This document shows, piece by piece, positions 1 through 12,229 of a DNA stretch of 64,000 bases. Positions within the stretch are counted from its first letter, which is position 1. Every line of letters begins with the position of its first letter. Origin of the DNA: Vicugna vicugna. Its lineage: Eukaryota. Below the pieces are notes generated by a model. It saw nothing but the letters and a program-made list of their open reading frames with translations. It did not search any database and had not been told where the DNA came from. The stretch spans positions 2,927,370-2,991,369 of the forward strand of contig MU057744.1 in the NCBI GenBank assembly GCA_013265495.1. The letters are read 5' to 3'. The position numbers and the translations under genes were made by a program.

Positions 1-78
1 AAATCGAGGTCCTGGAGATTGAACCCAGGACCTCGTGCATGCTAAGCATGTGCTCTACCCCTGAGCTACACCCTCCCC
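1..78 (-). mobile_element. tRNA-Ala-derived SINE (camelid Vic-1-like), cut by window edge
   Basis: Reverse complement reads GGGGAGGGTGTAGCTCAGGGGTAGAGCACATGCTTAGCATGCACGAGGTCCTGGGTTCAATCTCCAG: A box, Ala(AGC) anticodon arm GCTTAGCATGC and B box. A second copy lies at 29864. Confidence 0.85.
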
Positions 79-109
79 ACTTCCATTGTTTTTTAATTCT
101 AATTTTTTT

Positions 110-1710
110 AAACTTTTTTTTTTTAGCTCAGTTTTAAGCTAACAGCTAAATCAAAGGGAGGATACCAAGATCTCCCATTACCACCTGTGTGCACACACGC
201 ATGGCTTCCCCAAAATGAACATCACCCACCAGAATGCTACATGTGCTACAACAGATAGAGCTGCATTGGCGCATCTTAGTCACCCAGAGCCCACAGTTTA
301 CGTTACAGTTCACGCTCAGTGCTGTGTGCTCTGCGGACACATTTACACTGATGTGCAGCCATCAGTTTGGTATTAGAGTATTTCCATTGCCCTAAGAACA
401 CTCTGGGCTCCATCTCTTCATCCCTCCCTCCCCTCCAATTACTGGCAACCAGTAATCTTTTTACAGCCCCTGTAGTTTTTCCATTTTTTTATCTCATATG
501 GTTGGAATCATATGTAGACTTTCCAGATCGGCTTCTTTCACTTAGCAATGTTCATTTAAGGTTCTTCCTCATCTTTTCATGGCTTGATAGAGCACGTACT
601 TCATTTTAGTGCTGAATAACATTACATTGTCCGATGTATCAGTTTATTGATCCCTTCACCTACTGAGGGAAGTCTTGGTGGCTTCCGGTCTTGGCCACTG
701 TGAATAAAGCTGCAGTAAATATTCAAGTGCAGGTCTTTGTGTGGACATATGTTTCCTGCTCCTCTGGATAAATACTAAGGGGTGCACTGGTTAGGTCATG
801 TGGGGAGAGTATATTTTGTTTTGTAAGAAACTGCCAGAACGTCTTCCAAAGGCTTGTTCTGCGCTCTTCCCAGTGATGAAGGGGAGTTCCTGAGCCCCGC
901 GTCCTGCTGAGCACCTGGCGCTCCAGATTTGGTCCCCCTCGGGGTGCGCAGTGGGGCCTCCCGCTCGCCTTAATCTGCATTTCCCTGATGCCGCAGTGTG
1001 GAGCGTCTTTCACACGCTGCTTTGTCATGTGTGTGTGTTCCTCACTGAGGAGTCTGTTAAGGTCTGTGGCCCACTGTTTGGCAGGATTGTTCTTTTCTTA
1101 CTGAGTTCTAAGAATCGTCTGTATGTTCTGAATAATGGTCCTTTATCCAGTGTGTCTTCTGCGAATGTTTTCTCCCAGTCGGTGGTGGCGTCTCTTCTCA
1201 ACCTTTCGGCGTTGTCTTTCACGGAGCAGAAGGTTTTAACTTTAATGAAGCCCGCCTTATCAATGATCCCGTCCGCGAATCCTGAAAACTCGCGGCCACG
1301 CCCCAGGGCGCCGAGGTTTTCTGTGCCGCCTTCTGGGGGTTGCGCGGTGGTGCGCGCGCGGCGCGCTGCCCCGTGGCGGGGCTGGGGGTGGGGGGTCCGC
1401 GCCGGGTCGCAGCGTGAGGCCCGGGGTGGCTGTGCGCTGCCGCCGGAGGGGCTCGTCCACCGTCTCGCCTTTGTTCCTCTGCCCACGGGGAGTCGGCCGC
1501 CTCCCCGGCCTGCCCTGCGCTCTCTGTGTCTACCTCTGCTCCGCGCCACCGGCCCTCTTCCTCTCCGCGCACAGCGCCCACGGCGACTTGGCGACGCAGC
1601 TTTGCCGTCTGTCCGGAGCCGGGCGATGTCTAGTCTTCAGCCTCGCCGCCTCCGTCAGCGCGTTTCGGCCGTTCTGCGTCCGCTGCCTCTTCGCGTGAAC
1701 CTGAGACTCT
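110..1710 (-). mobile_element. Old LINE-1 3' end (L1MC-like): 3' UTR plus ORF2 C-terminus
   Basis: Poly-T tail near 110-124. Minus-strand translations IDKAGFIKVKTFCSVKD...DWEKTFAEDTLDKG and IREMQIK...LWKTFWQFL...IYPEEQETYVHTKTCT match the L1 ORF2 C-terminus. The 1290-1710 part is strongly GC-shifted. Confidence 0.85.
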
Positions 1711-1719
1711 GCATCGCTG

Positions 1720-3600
1720 TGTTGTCTCTTCCTTCTGCCAACACCACGATGTCCTAATTACGGTAGCTTTATAATAAATCTGGTAGGAAGTCTAAAAGCC
1801 CAATGTTTAAATTCCTCAGTATTGTTCTAGCGCCTCTATTTCCCTGCATTTACCAAAAAAAGTTAGGCTGCCCGTTAGTTTATACACACGTGCAGCGCAC
1901 GGACTTCGCCTGGGGTCCCGCCACAGCTGTAGACCGGAGAGACCCAGCACCCTGCAGTGCTCAATGTTTGCTGGCGGAACCTGTTCCATCTTTTTTATTT
2001 CCAACCTTTCTATAGTCTTACATTTAAAGTATGTTTTTGCAAACAACAGGTAGTCCAGTTTTTTTTTTTTAATCCATTCTGGAAACATTTGCTTTAAAAA
2101 AAATTGCTCTGTAAAGGCCATTTGACATGATTACATTTGACGTGATTACATTTGATGTGATACAGCTGGGTTTTACGTTTTCCGTCTTGCTGTTGTTCTT
2201 CACTTGCCCTGTTCTTTATTTATTAATTCTTCCTCTCCTACTGTCTTTCACAGCAGTCAGGTATGGCTTACAATTCAATTCGATCTTTTCTATTGCCTTC
2301 TTTTTTATGCCCATACATATCAGTCTCCCATAGGTTACACGAAGAAAGAATCGTCCTTAATCCTCTTTACCTTAAATCATTACCAAATGCAAGAATAGTG
2401 CATTGAATCTTTCCACTCCAGTGTTAACACTCCAGTGTTACTGTTTCTACATGTGTGGCTTCAGTAGACATTTTAAGCCCCACAAAATGTTCCCATTATT
2501 TATGCTTTAGATAGTTAGGAGCCTTTCTGTCTTCTCATGCATTTATCTTTTCTGGAGCTGTTTATTCCTACTTGCACTTCTGTGGTTCAGTCCGAGATCA
2601 CGTTCCCTCACCTTGAAGAACAGCCCTCGATAGGTCTTATGGTTTATGGTCAGCTGACAATGGATTCTCTCAGCTTTGGCATGTCTGAGTGTATCTTTTG
2701 CCACCTTCAACTTTAGATTATTTTCATGGGCACAGAATTCTAGTTTGACAGGTTTCTGGTCTCTTTCAGGACCTTAAACATGTCTGTCATCTTCTGACCT
2801 CCATCATTTTCTGGGGAAGTCAGGGGTAATTCACATTGTTCCTCCTGAGGTGGTACTGTTTTTCCTCCTGGCTGGTATTAATATTTTCTTTCTATCTTTG
2901 GTTTTTCAACAACTTGAATCTCATGGACCTTGTCGAGGTTTTCTTTACTTCGGGTTTATTGAGCTTCTTAAATTTCTGGGTTGACACTGTTCATCAGATA
3001 CAGAAAGTTCTCTTGCATTAGTTCTTTAAGTATTTCTTCTTCTTTGGCCTTGCTCTCCTTTCTGGATGTTCTCTGTTGACTTGACTTGAGACCATTGGTC
3101 CTATCTGCTATCTTCTGTTGTGTCCAAGTGCCTTTTAAATACATCTAATTAGCTCTTGAAACAGGAGTCCAAAAAGCTCACTTAATTCTTTTTATAAAAT
3201 GTGATAATCTGCTGAAATTCTTTTTATTCATTTATCCCATTTCCAGGGTAGTTTATTTACTATGTTATTTATGGCTTTTTAAAAGTCCATGACTATTAAT
3301 TCCAAAATCTAGATCATCTCTTGGTCTCTATTAAGCATGTGATTATTATTTTTTCATCAAATACTCTTCTCTTCTTCTTTGGGTGTCTGGTGAGTTTTAT
3401 TGCAGGCTGCAGCTATACGAGTTCAAGCTTGGGTTTTCTTTCCTGAATGTCAAGCTGTGCTGCAGCAGGTTGTTAAATCATTGCTGGGCCATCTTCTTTG
3501 TGGCTAGTTTTAGCTTCACCAGGGAAAATCTATTTTGGTTTTATTTGTCCTCTTAGGACATTATTCATACACCTAGAAAGTCTCCTTCCAGAGCGAAGGG
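1720..3600 (-). mobile_element. Ancient degraded L1/HAL1 fragments
   Basis: T-rich antisense L1-like text, e.g. CCAACACCACGATGTCCTAATTACGGTAGCTTTATAATA and TTCTCTCAGCTTTGGCATGTCTGAG...AGAATTCTAGTTTGACAG. Boundaries approximate. Confidence 0.6.
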
Positions 3601-4879
3601 GGTCTTAACCAAATGTCTCAGCTGTTCCCCAAAGTCCACTCTGGCTAGGTTCCAACTTAAATATCTCCCCAGAATGGTGTGATTTTCAGGATCTGTAACC
3701 AGGCTTCCACTGCTCACCACTGTCCTCTGTCAGGCCTCCAGAACCGTGCCCCTGGGACCACACAGCACAGGCATTCAGCCGGGGAGCCCAAGGAATGTCC
3801 ACGGAGACTTGTGGGGCTTCCTCTCTCTGCCAGCTGGGTCCCCCCACCTCCTCCCAAACAGTTGCCTTTGCAGCTCCGAGCCCTCGAGCTGTATGCCCTC
3901 TGCCGGGTGAGACTCCTTGCCTGGCCTCGGCCTCCCCATACTTCTGCTGGAAGAGCAGCCCCCAGAAGCACATCTGTGCGAGTGGTGCGTGGGCTCCTCA
4001 CACGCCTGCTCTAACTCAAACACGGAAGCCCGTGTGGGCTGTGGTTAGTGCAGCGTCACCTATCTTGTCCAGGTTTTGTGGTTACTTTATGGTAGAAGGA
4101 CAAGAATGCTATCAGCTCTGTCTTGCCATAGCCAGCATCTTGTCGAGTAATCGAATACATGAGTAAGTCCAATGCTTATCCTATTTTCAAAAAAACAAAC
4201 CTAAAATGCAGGATTTCAAAATTAGTTCTAGTTTATCTCCTTTGTTTTAGGTCAACATCCAAAGTAAACTACGTATTGGGTCCTGATTTTGGCAGCTTGT
4301 GAATTAGCTCTGCTCCTCGTTTGGTTCACCCTCAAATCCAGTAAGTACCCCTTTGATCTGTTTCTATCAGGTATGATTTGCCGCCTCTGCTGAGCAGTAG
4401 GGCAGGAAAGCTCAGAGTCACACACCTCGCTCTGATCTAGCAAGAGCCTACTTACTAGGGCGTTTGGGGCAATCTGTCCAAGCTGTTAGTTTTTCATTTA
4501 CTCAGTATTAACCAAAGTTTACGTTTACCTTGTTCATAAAGATAACAGGGAGGTTGGCTGGAATCAGAAGTGCCACATGTGTGAGTTTAATGGCTACTTG
4601 CAGAGAGAAATGAAGTGAGCCTAGTAAGACGCGTCTTCCACACTGTCGTTGCCTGTTCTTTCCTGCCTCCTGCCAGAGAACTCATTCATGACCTGCAGAA
4701 CACTGCCAGGGATCCACCTCAAACTTAATCACTGTGCAGACAGCAGAATCCACTTTAAAAAGTTGGTTATATCCATATGCCCATTTTTCTGGCCCCTAGT
4801 CTGCTGTTTATGGATTTACCAAGTATTATCAAAGGTACTCTCGTTCCCACAGGCAAATAGCAATTTTATATAATGGGAA

Positions 4880-5015
4880 AGACACATTAAATTTGAATTC
4901 ATAATCCTCTTACTAGCTACATAATGGGTAGTTTACATAGTCCTTTAAATTTCTATCTTCTCCTTTATTAAATGGGCATAAATTGTTTAAAAGTTTCTTT
5001 GGAGATTAGGGAAAT
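4880..5015 (+). mobile_element. MIR SINE remnant
   Basis: Degenerate MIR core: TTTGAATTC...CTCTTACTAGCT...TTTCTATCTTCTCCTTTATTAAATGGGCATAAAT. Confidence 0.5.
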
Positions 5016-5731
5016 ATGTGAAGGCAAATATTGTGTTTCCATCTGAGAGTTATCCAAACAAGGTGGCTGCTATACTAACATCAGTTTCATGCCAGTATTT
5101 GGCATGTAATTCACCTGAGCGTGCATGTTTGATTTAATTTATGTAGCCACATGTTTCCTCACTATCCTTCTTTCCTGTTATGATATTAATCCTCCCTGAG
5201 CAAAGTCTAGTCCCTTCTCTCCTAAAGACTGTTCTACCTAGAAGAGAACACACAGACTCAGAAAGGAATCTGTAGATGTAAATTTCTGTCTTAAAATTAC
5301 CTATTTTCTCCAAGAAGAGGTTTGTCTTCCCTTGTGTGTTCTCTTGCTCCAAATAGAATTAACAAAGTCATTTCCACCCTTTTACTGTTGTTAAATTTTC
5401 ATTTCCTATTGTGCTTTTTTCTTTCTTTCTTTCCTTTTTCCTCAGTTCCTCCTGTTGATTGTCCTTCCCTGGGATTCTCCCATAATTTTTCTCTACTTAC
5501 TCCTGAAAGTACCTTCGTCCTGAGGCTGGGCAGCCTCCCTGGCCTCTTTGCAGCGTTGCGATCTTTCCACTGACAGTAGCATAGTGAGAAATATACCCCC
5601 GCCTCCTTTCTTCCTTCCTTCTTTCCTTCCCTCCCTACCCCCCTTCTCTCTTTTTGGCTTCTGAATCCTCTTGAAATTTAAAAGCTTGCACAGCAAGATC
5701 ATATCTGTTTTCTGATTAAAAAACAAACACC

Positions 5732-5740
5732 TGTATGTAT

Positions 5741-5771
<31 letters not shown>

Positions 5772-5778
5772 CGCGCAC
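5732..5778. repeat. Compound (TG)n(CG)n microsatellite, uninterrupted alternating purine-pyrimidine tract
   Basis: Read directly: TGTATGTAT(GT)11(GC)7AC. Confidence 0.95.
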
Positions 5779-5939
5779 CTGTGTCTTTTTTGTGCAGACT
5801 TATCTCATTTACTCCTAAGGTGTAAACTTCCAGAGAAGGAAAAGCCAAGAAGTCCTGCATTGGTACACTGCCCTGTATGAACAAACGCTCACTAAATGTC
5901 AAAAAATAAATGCGTCAGGTTGCTCTCTGGGGAAAGGTT

Positions 5940-8500
5940 CTCCACGGGATCGTATGTTGTAACGGAGCTGATAGGTTCCTTCATCACGAAGTTGTGCCAC
6001 AGAATCCACTTCCTTCCCATCCTTCCAAGCACTTAAAGCAAAACAATTTAGAAGAGAGCCCCACGAGACTGGCTAACAAGATCTGTCCTTGGAGCACCGG
6101 GGGGCCCAATCTGGGGACACGCGTGGCCGGCCGAGTGGGTGGGCCTCCCGCCTTCGGAGAGCCCCCCCCCGGGGGCAGGACGCTGGCTGCCCCCGTCCCC
6201 GCCCCCGGGCGCGGCGGGAACGGGGCGGGCGCGCGGGCCTCGAGCGCCGCGGGCGGGCGCTTGGGCATGCTCAGAAGCCCGGCAGGTTTGGGTCGCACCC
6301 AGGCCGCGTGTGCATCACACCAGCGCTCGCAGCCCGGGAGGAGGAGGAGGAGGAGCGGAGGAGGAAGGGGAGGAGAGCGGCCAGCAGTAGCCACGACCGC
6401 CACCACCAGGCAGCGGGAGAGTTCGTGAGCAGGGAAGGACCCTCCTCCCCCCACGGCGCTCCTCGTGTCTGCTTTGGGGAAAAGAGATACAGGAGAAAGG
6501 AGGAGGCGCAAAGAAGGGGCACCCAAATTGAGGGGAGAGACAGAGCCAAACCGGACGCGAACGGAAAGGGCTAGAGCGTGCGGGGCGCCCGAGGCGCGGG
6601 GGCGGCGGCGCGGCGCGGGGAGCGCGGGCGCTCGGGCAGGTGCTGCGGCCGCTGCCCGGAGGCGGCATGTGACGCGCGGCCGCAGCAGCTGCCCGCGGGC
6701 GGAGCGCTCTCGGACCCGGGGGCGCACACCGCGGGGCGCGTCGGAGCCTCCCGGATCCCCAGGCTCCTCGTCCGTTCGCCGGGGCGGCAGCAGCGCTTCT
6801 GGAAAGACTGGCGGCGATGAACCCAAGGGCGGCTCCGGGCACGGGCGCGCGGTCCTAGGACGCTGGCTGCCTGACCGCCCAGCGGGAGGCGACTCGCGGA
6901 CGGTGGACCCGGCGCCCCCCGCGCACCGGGGAGGCGCGGCCGGCCGGCGAGGGACGGCCACCTGGAGCGCAGCGACCAGGTAAGGACGGCGCCCGCCACC
7001 CCGGCGCTGCGCAGGGCGGGCGGCGGTAGCGGCTGACCTGGTTTCTTGCCTTATCGCCTAGCAGAAGGAGGAAAAAGTTTTCAGCGCGGGGAGGAAATGT
7101 CCTGGCTTTGGGGAGTTTAAAAGAGGTACGGATGGGGGAGGAGGGAGTTGTTCTGTCGACTTGGGGGGCCAGTGGGGGCTCGAACCTGGAGGGAGGGCGG
7201 TCTGGGGCGGAGTCGGAGTTCTGGGACCAAGGGTGGGGATGCAGGGGTGACAACATGTGCGAGGAAACCTACGGGGGTGACACCGGCGGTGGCTGGCCCG
7301 GAGGAAACCTGGGACGCCCCACCCGGCTGTCCTTCGCTTGGATTCTCTCTCCAGAATGCGGGATCCGAGGCTCCGAGTGTCCGGCTCGGTGTGTGCGCAC
7401 GTGTGTGCTGTGGACTCCCCCTCCCCCCGTTTCGTTTCCTGACGCCTTTAACAAGGCGAAGTAGACCGCCCCCCTCGCGGCGGGGCCGCTGGCTGGGGCC
7501 GCATTTCAGTGGGCCGATAGGCGAACTGGGCACTTGGTGTGACACCTGGGCGGAGGTGCTTAGCCTGCGTGCGCGTCTTTCCTGACCTGGGGAGAGTCTA
7601 CACTGGCCCAGCGGCGGCCGCGGAGCGGCCCGGGATCCCCTCTCCGGAACCCTCCCTCGGCACAGCCTCCCGGCAGCTGTGTTAATGTTTGCGTGATTGT
7701 CGAGAGGCGGGTAGGGGGCAGGGCAGGGTCGACCGGAGCGTCAGGATTCACCTGTGTACTTCGCACCGTGCGTGTTGGAATTGGGATCCTGTTCGGCGTG
7801 TGTGCGACTCTCCTAGTACGCAGGTTGGAAGTGGCGGAGGAAGTAGGGGTTTGGGAATCGCGTCCATATGGAAAGATTTGGAAATGCAAACATTCATTTG
7901 TCCGCAAGCGCTCTTGGAAGCTATGCGATGGCTCGAAGGATACCTCCCGCTGTCCGCGTTTGAGATGTAAACCGGTGGCTCTCCTGAGGAGGTAAATGCG
8001 TGCATCTGAGCTTAATGTTGTTAACGACACTGGTTACTTCACTGTGTGCTTCGCACAGACCTCTCATTTCTCTCTTGGCCTCTGAATTCCAGCAAGACAG
8101 ACAGCCTGATCCTTCCTCTGGGGTCTTTCCGGGTTCCGACTTGGAAAATATTCCGTGTGAAAAGTGTGTCTGTCCGTTACGCAGTCCTCGGTAACCCTCT
8201 GTTGTCAGGTCGATCGTTACAGGGCATGAAGCGTTCACCACTGTTTCCTGTACGTGGAAACAGTGCCCCTGTATGTGCCTAAGAGCGCACGCTTCGGAAG
8301 GGGGAGCGCTGACCCCGGAGCAAATGCACGCATATGGACAGAATTGTAGCGGTAGCTCGTTAATTAAAAAAGAAAAAGAAAACCGAGGGGATTCTGCTCC
8401 AAGTGTGGTGGGGTGGGTATGGCGCTGGGTGCACCCTCTCGCCGTGGGAGCTGGCGTTGCAGAGCAGACACGGAACATGCATGCCTCTCCAGCGTGTGCT
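5940..8500. promoter_or_regulatory. Promoter CpG island covering the TSS region, exon 1 and proximal intron 1
   Basis: Very dense CpG and GC content (core about 6100-7750), GC boxes (GGGGCGGG at about 6222), GGA repeat at 6336-6376, strong splice donor inside. Confidence 0.9.
6310..6979 (+). other. SVIL: Non-coding first exon (5' UTR) of a large + strand gene, tentatively supervillin; 5' boundary approximate
   Basis: Lies in the CpG island and ends at consensus donor CAG|GTAAGG (6979/6980). No ATG-initiated ORF crosses the donor. Downstream L1s are mostly antisense. Gene name rests only on recalled similarity of AGCAGTAGCCACGACCGCCACCACCAGGCAG...AGAGTTCGTG to the human SVIL leader and needs BLAST confirmation. 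Confidence 0.5.
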
Positions 8501-9899
8501 CCACATGCCACACGCCTGTCCCTGGAATAACGTAGCTTTGGATTTTGTTTACATGATGTGTTGCAATTAGCTTAGTACGTAATTAGCTGTTGTCGAGCTA
8601 GAAAGCGCATTCATTTTGAAATGGGTTTCCATATGGAAATATAACTTGAGCTTAGATTACTAATTTAAAATGATTTACATTGCAGGTCCGATTTAGGTTC
8701 TGGGCAGGGGGGCTGCTATAAGATTGAATTTAACATGAAAATAGCAGTTCTGAAATGCTGATTTTTAAACAACTAATATTCATTCCAATGGACTTGATAT
8801 TTAGAAAAGAAAAATGAAATTAAAAATAGATTTTGAAGCAAATCCGTGATAATTATAGATCTTTTGCAAGGAAACGATGAGAAAAGTGTAACTGGGGAAA
8901 AAGGAAAGCATGGTTATGGAACTGGTTAAGACTTAGACAATGACTGAGAGTGTTATAATAATGAGGAGGTCTGCATTAACCCTTAAAGTTGTTCAAGAAA
9001 CTGTCCTTTAAAGTTGAAGGAAATGTTTGAATATATATGACCTTATTTTTCTTCCTGAGACAAAAGGTAAGAAAAGTAACTTCAAAAACATGATTTGTTT
9101 CTGAAGATTTCTCCAGGCATACGTAAAAGGGCTTAGCAGGCACCTTTCATTTTCTCTTCCTTATAAAGACAACTGGTGGGTTTCCTTACACAAGGAGGTT
9201 TTTGTTTGTTATTTTAAGCTGCAGTGTGTAAAAATATGAATTTCTTTTAATGATATTTTAGCTTTTAATTGCAGACAACCTGTTGAACAGGAACCCAGGG
9301 GAAAAAATGATGACATTCACAGAACTCAGATTTCCTGAATCCATAGCAGGAAACGGATTAGACAGAAAATTAAGGGATATGATTAAAAGCAGAGATGCCT
9401 TGTGTATTTGAAAACTCTAAAGGAATCACTTGGTTCAGGTTTTTACCTAAAATTTCCTCCGTCGTTTCCTGAGCCGACGAAGCGCTCTAGCCTCATAAAG
9501 CGGCTGGCGCTGGCACCTGAGCTGTTTACCCCTACATGGCCTGCACGCCGTCGGTGCGGCTGGCACGGGGCTGGCCTGCTGTGCCGGGCAGGGAGGCTTG
9601 TGCTGAGAGCAGCCGTGCGTGGGCACCTCAGCTGGGAGGCGAGGGGACTGTGAGTCTGGGAAGCCTGAGCTGGTGGCTGTGCAAAGAGAGGCGTCCGCGG
9701 CACTTCTGGAACCTAATTCTGTATCCTAGTGTGTTACCACCAATACCGTTAGCCCCACGTTGTGGCTCTGAGGGATCAGTAAGTGACTGGAAATGGCTGC
9801 TTTCAGACAGCAGGCTGGTGAACTTACAATGCGTTTGTCTTACAGGAGAGTATCAAACAGGCGTGTGTGGCTCAATCAAGAAATAATCGGATCCCTCCG

Positions 9900-10870
9900 C
9901 TCCGGGGGTTGTTAAGTGAACCAGGGTGATGAAAAGGCGTCTCAGGCCTCATCCCCGGGGGCCCGGCTTCCCGGGGCCCTGGCGGGAGAGCCCCTGCCAG
10001 CTTTTCCACCCGTCAGTCTCTCGGTCCAGGGGAATCCCTGCCCTGGTTAGTAGCCTGTGGGGTCGAGTTTGAGCCATAATGGGAAGTTGTCATTGGAAGG
10101 GGAATATGAAGAGACTGGTTGATGGATCCGACAGGCGGCGAAGCTGGTCAGATTAGAAGCGAGCGTCCATTTCTCGACGCTGACAGCTGTCAGGTTCAGA
10201 GGCCCTTTGACGCCCGTCAGGAGGCGCCGTGACGTGGGAAGCCGCCCCCTGCGGGTGTGAAGCCCGCACCCCACCCGGAGGGCTCGGCCCCGCGGCTCCA
10301 GCCCTGAAAGCAGCGTCCGTGCGCGTCGGCACTGCCTCCCAACCAGGTTTGCTGCAGCGAAGCTGCTGAAAACCTGGAATCTCAGTAGAATCCCAGTGGA
10401 ATCCCAGTGGGCCTGCTGGGAAGACCCTCCTGCCGCAGCACTGCCCGCCCGGTGGTCTTGGGGACTGAGAGGCGTGAGGTGCCTCGAGCCATCGCGCAAG
10501 CGCCGGGAAGGGACGCGCACAGCGCGAACGCCCACCGTCCTTCTTGTTCTGGCGCCGAGCCCGGGAGCCAGCGGGCAGGTGTCCCTCTGGCCCAGGACTT
10601 GGCTGCTGTGTGCTCCTTCTCGTCCAGAAGGTCTGGCGGCGGGCAGGTTCCCCAGCGGCTCGCCCACCCGGCAAGGGCCAGGCCCTGCGGTCACCTGCGC
10701 CCCTGCGACGCTGTCTCCGGAGGCGGGGCTGCAGCTCCCGCGGGGCCACAGGCCCGGAGCGGAGCGGCCCGCAGCAGACCCGCAGGAGGAGGACTGGAGC
10801 CCCTGCCCACCTCTTCCGGACGGCTGTGCCAGCCCAGGGACGCCATGGCCGCCAGCCTCAGCTTCTGGAA
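9900..10870. promoter_or_regulatory. Secondary intronic CpG island
   Basis: High CpG density; CTCF-like motifs at 10214-10227 (+) and 10242-10255 (-). Confidence 0.65.
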
Positions 10871-12229
10871 GTCTTGTCCTGGTTGCCATTTCATAGGGCT
10901 AAACTTCCCTCCCGTTTTCAGTTTGCATCTGCGGGACTAATGTGTTGCCTGGAAAGACCTTAGCGTGACCTGGACAGTAAGGTTCACCCTTTTCGAGGAC
11001 TTCCGCCCAGAAACCAGAGGCCATTCCTGCCTCTGCTGGTCTCCGATGTAGCCCTGAAGGGGACAGAGCCCGGGGCCGGAGAAGGAGTCGCCCTTCCGAC
11101 CCTGTGTCATCCTGTGCGGCCAGACCCAGTCGACAAATATCCTTGTGTGTCATTGTTGGCAGGATCAAATCTCCCTTCTCCGCACTCCTCCCGGCCGCTG
11201 TAATTTGAGTTGTTGACTCTCCACTATGGAATTAATCCTTCATTAGGTCATTTGTTCTAGCCTGGCCCAGCTTATTTCCTGTCCCCAGCGTTCCCTTGAA
11301 ATCCGGCCCAGCAGCTGAGCCAGGACGTAGTCTACCTGCAGTCACCTCTCCTGCAGGAAGTGGCGCTTGTCTGGGCATCCTGAGTCAGGCGCGGTGCCCT
11401 TCCACCACTGTGTTCAGATCGAGTTCAGGTGAGGGGGAACCACGGTGAGCTACCACCTCTGGTTCAGAGAGGAGAGGCCACAGATGTCTGCTGCTGAGAC
11501 TGGGCGTTCATGGTGATGCCGTGCTGAATGTGCCTCTGCTGAAGCCGCCTGATTTCTCACAGGTGACTATGGCCAAACGCAGACACCCTGTCAGCAAGCT
11601 CCGGGAAAGCGGTCTGCTGACAGCCTTTGTCGGCACTTGTGGGAGTGGACCACCTGGTTAGAGTCGCCTGTGGGGCCCAGTCTGGAGAGAGGCCCAGTTA
11701 CTGCTGATCCAGGCGCCACTTCTTGCCCGCAGCCACTGCAGCTCCACCCGAGGGCTCTCACCTCCGCAGCCCCCACGCCAGTGGTGTCCTGTGGACTCCA
11801 GGCGTCTCTGCAAGTTCCAGGTGGGAGAGGCCCTGTGTGTGTGTCTGTATCTGTTACCTCTGTGCCTCACCCTCTGTCGTTCAGGCCACATGACCCTCTG
11901 AATTCCGGTTGTCCTCGCTGTCTTTAATATTAAAGTTGATGGTCAGGGGTAACCCAAGGAGTATTACGATTGTCTGAAGATGTTAACTTCCTGCACGCAC
12001 GTGACAGTGCGTTTTCATAAATACGTGCCAGAGTAGGATGCGTCTGTCTGTCTCCTCTGTCCTCCATCTGTCTGTCTGTCCGTCTCTGCCTTCAGCTGGA
12101 CACAGGAGCACACGCCCCTCCCAGTCCTTGTTACCTAACGTGCCAGGCACGGTGGGCTTTTTTTGGATACTCGGGGAGTGTGTCCAGGGCTCTGCGTCCC
12201 AGGGGCCTGTGGTCAACCGGAGATCAGTG

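Noticed and set aside
1..78. Apparent tRNA-Ala genes here and at 29864
   Set aside because: Stems are degenerate, and the 29864 copy has an A tail and TSD; these are SINEs.
951..1757. 268-aa plus-strand ORF
   Set aside because: Antisense to L1 ORF2 and open only because the GC shift removed stop codons; no recognisable domain.
2120..2440. Micro-duplications (15-bp ATTTGAYRTGATTAC x3; 14-bp CACTCCAGTGTTAA x2)
   Set aside because: Ordinary slippage inside a dead L1.
5984..6961. 325-aa minus-strand ORF and other long overlapping ORFs in the promoter island
   Set aside because: Low-complexity Pro/Arg/Ala/Gly translation, open in several frames on both strands; expected from stop-codon depletion in GC-rich DNA.
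9275..9440. Possible exon after TTTTAATTGCAG
   Set aside because: No convincing downstream donor; its ATG frame closes quickly.
10047..10889. 280-aa ORF (similarly 28114-28938, 40199-40906, 55987-56622)
   Set aside because: GC-rich-region artefacts with no recognisable protein similarity or supporting splice structure.
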